The notes beneath the pieces were generated by a model that did no database searches, was not told the DNA's origin, and saw only the letters and a program-made list of their open reading frames with translations. Below, piece by piece: positions 56,393 through 64,000 of a DNA stretch of 64,000 bases. The DNA comes from Nitrososphaerota archaeon. GTDB taxonomy: Archaea; Thermoproteota; Nitrososphaeria_A; Caldarchaeales; Caldarchaeaceae. A program made the translations under genes and the position numbers. Where the stretch lies: positions 640,001-704,000 of the forward strand of contig JBEPYN010000001.1 of NCBI GenBank assembly GCA_041641305.1, written 5' to 3'. Numbering within the stretch: position 1 is the stretch's first letter; every line of letters begins with the position of its first letter.

Positions 56393-56827
56393 TTACTGGA
56401 TTGCCACGTGGTCTATGTTGAAGTGTCGTTTGACGAGGAGGCGGGCAAGGTTGATGTTTTTCCCGTCCTTGCCGATTGCCACGCCCTTGTCACGCGGGTT
56501 AACGTTGACCACCGCGATTTTCCTGCCGTCGGGTTTCTCAGACACCCTGACCGGTTCGATGACCTCCGCGGGATAGAGAAGGTTCTTTATGAAGACCGTG
56601 GCATCTGTGGAATATTCGACAACCTTGATACGTTTCCGAAATATGCGGACAAGCTCTTTTATTTTTGCGCCGTGTCCCATCAACGCTTTTTTCAAATCAC
56701 CCTGCCTCACCACAAAAGTTATGATATCCTCTTCGTCGACGCAGTCTACAACAGCCGCGCCGGTGACTGCTTCAAACATCTGAATGTACTTGATTTCTTT
56801 TTCGGTGAGTTTCACTCCTTCGCCCAA
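56393..56827 (-). CDS. nusA: Archaeal NusA (KH-KH)
   Basis: FE.VTGA...DC, IKVVEYS, KGVAIGKDGKNI. Confidence 0.95.
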   Translation of the reverse strand: MGEGVKLTEKEIKYIQMFEAVTGAAVVDCVDEEDIITFVVRQGDLKKALMGHGAKIKELVRIFRKRIKVVEYSTDATVFIKNLLYPAEVIEPVRVSEKPDGRKIAVVNVNPRDKGVAIGKDGKNINLARLLVKRHFNIDHVAIQ

Positions 56828-57132
56828 GCGGTTTCACTCCGGACGTGGTCGAGGATGTCAGAGCTGCCGGCGTCGAGGACGGCTATGAAAGAGGTTGAGA
56901 AAGGCTTACGCAGAGCAAGACCCAGCTCTGCAGGCGTGAGCTCGGTAACAATGACGGGCACATCGAAGGCCTTTGCGACTATTCGTAGTCTCGCGAGGAG
57001 CTCTGGGCTGGAATGTGTCGAGGCCACAACGGCAACCGCCTTTTTCTGCATCACTTTACGCATCGTTTCACGGTAGCCAACGACGAGAGAACCTGTCCGG
57101 GTGATTACCTGCAGCGACTGCCGCAAATCCAT
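56812..57132 (-). CDS. rpl30e: 50S ribosomal protein L30e
   Basis: TG.LVVGYRET, ELGLAL.KPF, LDAGSSDI; located between rpo1 and nusA. Confidence 0.93.
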   Translation of the reverse strand: MDLRQSLQVITRTGSLVVGYRETMRKVMQKKAVAVVASTHSSPELLARLRIVAKAFDVPVIVTELTPAELGLALRKPFSTSFIAVLDAGSSDILDHVRSETAWAKE

Positions 57133-57134
57133 CT

Positions 57135-60100
57135 CTACTCACCTCTCTCGTGGCTCATCAACAGGTTTACCATACCTGTTCCCACCTGTATTTCACGTCC
57201 AATAAGAATTCTTTCGACGTTGCCCTTCAGGTTATCGACCTCGCCGCGTGCAGCCGCCTCGAGAAGGGTCTGGACACTAATCTCATATGCGGCTCTCGCC
57301 AACACGCTGCTCTTCAGCTTCACGACACCGTGTCTGCCGATTTGTTTGACGCTGCCGCTGACGGTCATCATGTCAGCGAGAAGGAGTAGGTGTCTCAGGT
57401 CGACGTCGAGGCCCTGGTCCTCGAGAACGGCCTTGGCCTCTTCTACTATCGCGTTGCGGGCGGCTTCTATCCCGAAAACCTCCGCTATCTCGTAGATGTC
57501 GTTGGTTTTTATTCTTCTCCAGTCGACGCCGGGGACCTCCATTACCTCCCGTAGGTTGGAGCCCTCTGTTCTGATGACGTATTCATCGTTTTCCTTGAAC
57601 ACCGTGGCCTTCTTAATCTTGCGTATACCCTTAACCTTGATGGCTGAAATTCTCTCCCTTACACCTGATATATCCGTCAAGCTCTCCTCATCCAGCTTAA
57701 CCGAGATAACGTGTCTCTCCTCGTCATATTCTGCTCCATGACCCTTCAAAGCCTTATCAATGTCCTTCTTTGTCACACCATGTTCTTCAAGGCTTTTATC
57801 GTCGAGGCGAACCTCCAAGGCTCCACGCTTATAGTTGACAAGAACCTCTGAAATCAAGTCTCCAATTGTAGTGTGCTGTATCTGCTTAGCAAGCTTCCTC
57901 GCCTTAGCGAGGTTGTTCGCATACTCCGGTGCCAACGGTATGTACATTATGGGTGTTGTGGGTGTACGACGTGCGTCAACTATCTCGATGAGCCTCGGCA
58001 ACCCCTTGAGAATGCTCTGCTCACCGACACCTGCGAAGTGGAAGGTTCGAAGCGTAAGCTGGGTGCCCGGCTCACCGATAGACTGGGCCGTCACCACTCC
58101 TACAGCGTCCCCAGGTTCCGCTAAGGAGTTGCTGAACTTTGAAACTGTTTCCTCAACTATTTTGTCGACCGCCGCTGTTGGTGGTTTTGTTTTCTCCAGC
58201 TCCATCCGCAGCTCGTCTATGATTTTCTTGTTGAGTCTGTCGGCAGCCTGTTGTAGTTTCTGCTCTATGTATTCGGGGGTGGCGGGTTTTCCGGATGGCG
58301 CTGACGCGAGGACCGTGTTGACGATGTTTGAGACGGTTACGGCTTTACCATGGTCTGACTTCGCTGGGTCGACACCATCCTCTCCATAGGCGAACTGGAT
58401 AATTCTGCCCTCGTCCGCTGTTCTCACCGTGCCGTCGTAGTCGATGTATAGAGACTCCAACGCGTTTATGAGACGGCGCTGCATGTATCCGCTCTGCTGT
58501 GTCCTGACAGCTGTGTCGACAAGTCCGTCGCGTCCGCCGACGGCGTGGAAGAAGAACTCCAGCGGGTCAAGTCCTGAGATAAAGGAGTTGTAAACGAATC
58601 CTCGGGCGCGTGGCGAGACATCGTTCGGCTTGAAGAAGCTTAGCACACGTTTGCGGTATCCTCTGTGGATACGTTCTCTTCTGACAGACTGCTGGCCAAC
58701 GACGGCTATCATCTGGTCAAGGTTGAGCATCGTGCCTCTCGCTCCTGTTTTAGCCATTATGAAGGCCGAGCTATTCTGCGACACCCTTGACCTTATGAGT
58801 TTTCCAGCTGAGTCTCGTGCCTCGCTCAGTATTTTGAGGACATCTGCTTCGAAGGCCTGCTCAGCCGTCATCCCTGGCGGAATCTCCACTTCACCCGCCT
58901 GATACAGTGCAAGGAGTTTGGAGAACTCTGTCTCCGATTTCTTGAATATCTGCTGTATTTCGCTGTGTATCTGGTCAGGCACGTAGAGATCGTCGACGGA
59001 GAAGGTGAAGCCTTTCAACTCGATGAAGGTGTTGGCCAGCCGCACCACGTTGTCCAGGAACTGGCGCGCAACCTCTGGGCCGTAGTCGCGGGCAAGCCTG
59101 TGCAAAATGCTGTTGGCTTTCTCCACCCCAACCGAGCCCTTGTCTATCACTCCGGAGACGAGCTGCCCGTTTTTGACCACGACCTCGGTGTTGGTGAAGG
59201 AGGATTTGGTGACGTGGTTGAAGTCTTTGGGCAGTAAGAGGCTGAAGACCTGTTTACCTGTCCACATGGGCTCAGGATCTTTGGTCGCTGGCGGAGGCAG
59301 GGGACCCTTATATTTTATCGCCGCCAGCAACATGGATAGCTCGGATTTGTTGAGCCGTGTTTCATCCCGTGTAAGCAGGTAGAGTGAGGTGAGGAAGTCT
59401 CTAATTACTCCGATGATCGGAGCCCCGTATCTTGGTGAGATGATGTTGTTTTCGACGACGAGGATTTCGCGGGCCTCTGTCTGGGCTTCCTCGCTCTGGG
59501 GCACGTGGAGGTTCATTTCGTCGCCGTCGAAGTCGGCGTTGTATGGTGTGCAGACAGCGGGGTTGAGGCGGAGCGTCTTGTATGGAAGAACACGGACGTA
59601 ATGCGCCATTATGGACATCCTGTGCAGAGAAGGCTGCCGGTTGAAGAGCACTATATCACCATCCTGCAGATGTCTCTCGACGACGTAGCCGGGTTCAAGA
59701 GCCGTGGCAATCTCTTCGAGGTTGGCCACAAACTTTAGCCTAACCCGTTTCCCGTCGGGCCTTATGATGTATTTTGCGCCCGGGTATTTGTCGGAGCCGT
59801 TGCGGACAAGCATCCGCATTTTCTCGAGGTTCCAGGGTGTCACTCTCTCGGCTACAGTAAGCTGCATAGCCACCTCAAGCGGGACACCGACCTCGTTGAT
59901 GCGGATGTTTGGATCGGGTGAGATGACTGTCCGCGCCGAGAAGTCGACGCGTTTACCTGAGAGGTTAAGCCTGAACCTGCCCTCCTTACCCTTGAGACGC
60001 TGAGCCAAAGTCTTCAACACTCTGCCAGACCTATGCTTCGCCGGAACCACGCCGACAGCCTCGTTGTTGAAATACGTGGTCACATGGTATTGGAGAAGGT

Positions 60101-60899
60101 CTGAAAGCTCCTCTATGACGGGGGACGGTGAGCCGGCTCGGATGTTTTCGCGGAGACGCTGCGTAACCCTGAGGATGTCGACGAGCTTGTGTGTGAGGTC
60201 GTCCTCGGACCTGTAGCCAGATTCGAGGGTTATGCTCGGCCTCACGTAGACAGGTGGAACAGGGAGAACGGTAAGCACCATCCACTCGGGCCGCGAGGTC
60301 TGCGGGTTGATGTCCAAGAGTATGAGGTCTGAGTCGGATATTCTCTCGAGCCTCGCTCTCACCGTGCTCGGGTTGAGTTTTGTGGACCCGCTTTCAGACA
60401 TCTCGGAGAAAGATGTAGGCTTCTCAAGCTCCAGCCTTAGCTGTTTCTCGCCACAGTGTGGGCAGACCTGCGTATTCATCGCCTTCTGCTTAATTCTGTA
60501 GATGAGGTTTTTGAAAGGCAGGTTGTTGGCTTTGAGACGCTCCAGCTCCTGGTGATATTTCTTGACCTCGTCTTCTGGAAGCAGTATTCTTCCGCAGGAG
60601 CGGCATGTGGATTTGAGAAGTTCGTAGATGGTTTTTGCGAAGCCGACGTGTATAACGGGGACGGGGAGCTCGATGCGGCCGAAGTGTCCGGGGCAGCCAA
60701 GGTAGGTGTTTCCACATGTTTTGCACCTTTGCCCGGGCTCGAGGGTTCCGAGCCTCGGGTCCATGACGCTTGTGGGTATGGGTAGGCCGTCTTCGTCGTA
60801 GGTGTCTGGGCTGATTATCTCGGCTACGCTCATCTTTCTTATCAGGTCTGGCGAAAGGATGCCGAACCTTATGCCGGCGACAGATGCTGCGGTGCTCAT
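57135..60899 (-). CDS. rpo1: RNA polymerase subunit Rpo1 (A' and A'' in one ORF)
   Basis: CPGHFG, GKRVDFSAR, NRQPSLH, NADFDGDEMN, DTAVRTQQSGY, then A'' motifs AQSIGEPGTQLTLRTFH and RHLLLLADMM in the same frame. Confidence 0.97.
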   Translation of the reverse strand: MSTAASVAGIRFGILSPDLIRKMSVAEIISPDTYDEDGLPIPTSVMDPRLGTLEPGQRCKTCGNTYLGCPGHFGRIELPVPVIHVGFAKTIYELLKSTCRSCGRILLPEDEVKKYHQELERLKANNLPFKNLIYRIKQKAMNTQVCPHCGEKQLRLELEKPTSFSEMSESGSTKLNPSTVRARLERISDSDLILLDINPQTSRPEWMVLTVLPVPPVYVRPSITLESGYRSEDDLTHKLVDILRVTQRLRENIRAGSPSPVIEELSDLLQYHVTTYFNNEAVGVVPAKHRSGRVLKTLAQRLKGKEGRFRLNLSGKRVDFSARTVISPDPNIRINEVGVPLEVAMQLTVAERVTPWNLEKMRMLVRNGSDKYPGAKYIIRPDGKRVRLKFVANLEEIATALEPGYVVERHLQDGDIVLFNRQPSLHRMSIMAHYVRVLPYKTLRLNPAVCTPYNADFDGDEMNLHVPQSEEAQTEAREILVVENNIISPRYGAPIIGVIRDFLTSLYLLTRDETRLNKSELSMLLAAIKYKGPLPPPATKDPEPMWTGKQVFSLLLPKDFNHVTKSSFTNTEVVVKNGQLVSGVIDKGSVGVEKANSILHRLARDYGPEVARQFLDNVVRLANTFIELKGFTFSVDDLYVPDQIHSEIQQIFKKSETEFSKLLALYQAGEVEIPPGMTAEQAFEADVLKILSEARDSAGKLIRSRVSQNSSAFIMAKTGARGTMLNLDQMIAVVGQQSVRRERIHRGYRKRVLSFFKPNDVSPRARGFVYNSFISGLDPLEFFFHAVGGRDGLVDTAVRTQQSGYMQRRLINALESLYIDYDGTVRTADEGRIIQFAYGEDGVDPAKSDHGKAVTVSNIVNTVLASAPSGKPATPEYIEQKLQQAADRLNKKIIDELRMELEKTKPPTAAVDKIVEETVSKFSNSLAEPGDAVGVVTAQSIGEPGTQLTLRTFHFAGVGEQSILKGLPRLIEIVDARRTPTTPIMYIPLAPEYANNLAKARKLAKQIQHTTIGDLISEVLVNYKRGALEVRLDDKSLEEHGVTKKDIDKALKGHGAEYDEERHVISVKLDEESLTDISGVRERISAIKVKGIRKIKKATVFKENDEYVIRTEGSNLREVMEVPGVDWRRIKTNDIYEIAEVFGIEAARNAIVEEAKAVLEDQGLDVDLRHLLLLADMMTVSGSVKQIGRHGVVKLKSSVLARAAYEISVQTLLEAAARGEVDNLKGNVERILIGREIQVGTGMVNLLMSHERGE

Positions 60900-63800
60900 A
60901 TCTCGGGCTCCTCCAACAAAATTCTTGGATGTATGCACATGCTCATCATCTCATTGAGAAGCAGGTAGAATGCGTATGACATCGAGACAGCCTTGACACG
61001 CACATCTTTCCCGTCAACAGGGCAGACAAACCTTTCCTGCTTAAGGTCATAGTAGCATGGCATGCCGCATTTCTCGCAGAAGTAGGCGGTGTATTTGTCG
61101 CTCTGCTCGAGAAGCCTGTCTAGAAGCAGGTAGGATGCGCCGTAGGCTATCAAGCAGTCTCTCTCCATTTCGCCGAACTTGAGGCCTCCGCCTCTTGACC
61201 TTCCCTCGGTAGGCTGACGGGTGAGCATCTGGACCTGTCCGCGGGAACGTGCGTGGATTTTGTCTCGTACAAGGTGGTGGAGACGCTGGTAGTAGACTAC
61301 TCCTATGAAGACCTCGGCCTCGAGAGCTTTTCCCGTGGCCCCGTTGTAGAGAAGCTCTCTTCCGCTGCTCTTGAACCCGAGGGCCTCCAGCTCCGTCCTA
61401 AGCTCCTCAAGTGATTTGCCGAGGAACGGTGTGCCGTCCACAATCTCGGCTTTGACGCTTCCCAGCTTACCCGCCAAGCTCTCAATCAGCTGCCCAATCG
61501 TCATACGTGATGGAAAGGCATGTGGGTTGATGAGAAGATCGGGAACAAGCCCGTCCTTGGTGTATGGCATATCCTCCTGAGGAATAAGCATACCGACCAC
61601 ACCCTTCTGCCCATGTCTGGAGGAAAACTTGTCACCAATCTCGGTGAAGCATGTGGAGCGTACCTTTGCCTTGACGAGAAGGTTTCCCTCAGCGTTTATG
61701 GTGATGAAGATACTTTCCACGTTGCCTGTTTCGCTTGGCTGCACAGCCTCCGAAGAATCTCTCCAAACCATTTCACGGGTAGGGACACGCTGGTATTCCT
61801 CGAGGAAACGCGGCGGACTCATCATACCGACTATGACCGTGCCGCCTGAGACGTCTGACTCGATGTGCGCGAACCCGTCTTTATCAAGCACTCTGTAAAA
61901 CTGCTCACCTCTGTATCCGCGCACCGAGGGCTCAGGTATGCCGAACTTGTCTCTCTGGCCGCCCGGCGTCTGCCGCGCCTCAACCTCGTAAACTCTCCAG
62001 CTAAGCGAAAGCCCGAGGCCTCTCTCCACAGACGACCTGTTCAGCACCACGGCGTCCTCCATGTTGTATCCCCGACCTGTCAAAATCGCCACAACCATGT
62101 TCTGCCCCGAAGGCCGCGTATCCATCCCAATCAAGTCAGAAGTCCTCGTATTGACAACCGGTTTCTGCGGATAAACAAGGAGATGACTGCGGGAATCTGT
62201 TCGCAGAGAATAGTTGGATGCAAAGACGCCTAGTGCCTGTTTGGCCATGGCTCCCTCGTAGACGTTGCGCGGAGACTGGTTATGTTCCGCATATGGTATC
62301 AGAGAGGCCGCTACACCCAGCATGGTGAAGGGCGATATCTCGAGATGTGTGTGCTCGTTGGTGACTTTGTCCGGTGAAATGGCGACGTATGCGTTCTCTT
62401 CCTCCTCGGCGTCGAGATACTCTATGATGCCGAGGCTCACCAAATCCCTGAACTTGGAGGTCTTTCTCCTTATGAGCTCGACATGCTGTTTCTGGAGAAG
62501 AGGCTGACCGTTCTGCACAACTATCAGAGGCCTCCGTATCCTGCCCTCATCCGTGTTTATCACAACCTCCTGAACATGGCCGTAGCTGTAAAACGCCACG
62601 TTGATGTTTTGGCTGATTATCCCCTCTCTCCGCAGCCGCCTCAGCTCGTTAACCAGCAGCGAGCCGTTGCTGTGATAACCCTCAAGCACACCGTCTACAA
62701 ACACCTTCACATTCGGCGGCGTCTTCCTCTTCGCTATAATCTCGTTAAGCGGAATAACGTTTAGCTGGAAAAGCTTATCGAACAACTCTTTCTTGTTGGC
62801 CTGGAAAGATACCTCGGCCGATAGGGCGAGGTTCTTCACAAGCCCGGCGTTGCTGCCCTCGGGCGTCTCACATGGGCAGAGACGGCCCCAGTGTGTGCCG
62901 TGGAGGTCACGGGCCTCGAAGTGCGGCTGGCCTCTGCTAAGCGGCGACTGCACCCTACGCAGGTGGCTTAGGGTGGCGAGGTAGTTTGTTCTGTTGAGGA
63001 GCTGGGTTACACCTACTCTTCCACCGGGCCAGTTGCCCGTGGCCATGGCGTGTTTGACAAATTCTGAGACTATTCCATGGCGGACGTATGTGGAGATTGA
63101 TATGGGCTGCCGTGTTGGAATTATTCTCTCCAGCTGATAGCGGAGATCGCGCAATAGCTTGACGAAAGCCATGCGGTACAGCTCGGTCAAAAGAGCTGAC
63201 TCGAGCTTGAGCCGTTTGTTGGCGTAGTGATCTCTGTCATCAGGCTCCCTCAGTCCGAGGCTAGTCTCGAGAACGCGGCCAATCATCTCGCAGAGATGCA
63301 CCGCCTTCTTCATGCGCGCGGCCTTTGTTGTCCCGAGATGAAGCATGAACATCGTGTCCACGATCTGCTCTGCCTTCTCGAGCCTATACTCCTCCGCATA
63401 GCCAAACGCTATCCTGCTTCCGATATAGTCGAGAGCCTGCTCAACAGTCTCCACACCCTCTGCCTCGCGGAAACTCGGCTCAAGAAGCTCCTGCACCTCC
63501 TTAAGCGGCGAAATAAGGTTCGCAATCTCCTGATCCTTGGTTAACCCGAGAGCTCTAAGCATGATGATGGCTGGCACTCCTTTGTAGATTCGTGAGAAAT
63601 ACACCTTTATCGGCGAGTCTTTACGGTAGTTGACCTCAACCCTCACTTGTCGGCCATGTGCGGCCGAAAGAATTACGGCGGAGTACTGTGGTTTGCTGTC
63701 TCCCTCTTTTTTGGTGACTATGATGCGGTTGGGCGAGAGGTCTTCTATGCCTACTATGACTCTCTCGGAACCGTTTATGATGAAGTAGCCGCCGGGGTCT

Positions 63801-64000
63801 TGTGGGTCTTCGCCGTGTGCGAGAAGCTCGTCATGCGTCATCTTGGAGAGTGGGCAGATGTCGCTCTTCACCATGACGGGGATGTTTCCGACCCAGACGT
63901 TCTCGGGAGGCGCGATGGGTTTTCCGTCAAAGTAGATGCTCATCTTGATGTAGATAGGTGCCTCGTATGTGAGGTTGCGTAACCTCGCCTCCCATGGATA
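60896..64000 (-). CDS. rpo2: RNA polymerase subunit Rpo2 (B, unsplit); 5' end lies outside the window
   Basis: GGYFIINGSERV, ETPEG, GDKFSSRHGQKG, NPHAFPSRMT, RQPTEGRS..GG.KFGEMERD. Frame open to base 64000 (YPWEARLRNLTYEAPIY). Confidence 0.97.
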   Translation of the reverse strand, partial: YPWEARLRNLTYEAPIYIKMSIYFDGKPIAPPENVWVGNIPVMVKSDICPLSKMTHDELLAHGEDPQDPGGYFIINGSERVIVGIEDLSPNRIIVTKKEGDSKPQYSAVILSAAHGRQVRVEVNYRKDSPIKVYFSRIYKGVPAIIMLRALGLTKDQEIANLISPLKEVQELLEPSFREAEGVETVEQALDYIGSRIAFGYAEEYRLEKAEQIVDTMFMLHLGTTKAARMKKAVHLCEMIGRVLETSLGLREPDDRDHYANKRLKLESALLTELYRMAFVKLLRDLRYQLERIIPTRQPISISTYVRHGIVSEFVKHAMATGNWPGGRVGVTQLLNRTNYLATLSHLRRVQSPLSRGQPHFEARDLHGTHWGRLCPCETPEGSNAGLVKNLALSAEVSFQANKKELFDKLFQLNVIPLNEIIAKRKTPPNVKVFVDGVLEGYHSNGSLLVNELRRLRREGIISQNINVAFYSYGHVQEVVINTDEGRIRRPLIVVQNGQPLLQKQHVELIRRKTSKFRDLVSLGIIEYLDAEEEENAYVAISPDKVTNEHTHLEISPFTMLGVAASLIPYAEHNQSPRNVYEGAMAKQALGVFASNYSLRTDSRSHLLVYPQKPVVNTRTSDLIGMDTRPSGQNMVVAILTGRGYNMEDAVVLNRSSVERGLGLSLSWRVYEVEARQTPGGQRDKFGIPEPSVRGYRGEQFYRVLDKDGFAHIESDVSGGTVIVGMMSPPRFLEEYQRVPTREMVWRDSSEAVQPSETGNVESIFITINAEGNLLVKAKVRSTCFTEIGDKFSSRHGQKGVVGMLIPQEDMPYTKDGLVPDLLINPHAFPSRMTIGQLIESLAGKLGSVKAEIVDGTPFLGKSLEELRTELEALGFKSSGRELLYNGATGKALEAEVFIGVVYYQRLHHLVRDKIHARSRGQVQMLTRQPTEGRSRGGGLKFGEMERDCLIAYGASYLLLDRLLEQSDKYTAYFCEKCGMPCYYDLKQERFVCPVDGKDVRVKAVSMSYAFYLLLNEMMSMCIHPRILLEEPEI

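Noticed and set aside
56408-57076. 222-aa plus-strand ORF
   Set aside because: Antisense to nusA and rpl30e
1-64000. CRISPR array, rRNA, intact integrase/transposase, provirus
   Set aside because: No regularly spaced repeats, rRNA-like tracts or intact recombinase ORFs seen; intergenic gaps are nearly all short

Overview
Gene-dense archaeal chromosome segment, most consistent with a TACK-group thermophile of the Aigarchaeota/Caldarchaeales type. This is inferred from the unsplit RNA polymerase subunits Rpo1 and Rpo2, PolD large subunit, Alba, Sec61beta, TiaS, FttA/aCPSF1 and an intron-containing tRNA. Core genes occupy the right third: rpo2-rpo1-rpl30e-nusA, psmB-fttA-Sm-rpl37e-tRNA-Leu(TAA, two introns) and PolD DP2. 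A split his cluster is interrupted by a vapBC toxin-antitoxin pair and a decayed IS5-family transposase. The left two thirds hold a large multi-repeat surface protein with its own signal peptidase, DNA repair genes (nfo, family-5 UDG), tRNA modification genes (thiI, trm14, tiaS, QueT), a glyoxylate shunt operon (aceA-aceB, with aceB apparently starting at CTG), two AbrB-PhoU regulators, transporters, and orphan RiPP-type parts (SagB-like, PqqD-like). The most striking item is a second, self-contained proteasome locus at 22.4-24.3 kb. It encodes a propeptide-less beta subunit with an intact catalytic set, translationally coupled to a divergent alpha subunit lacking the conserved gate residues, downstream of a winged-helix protein. 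All calls come from motif recognition by eye; no database searches were run.
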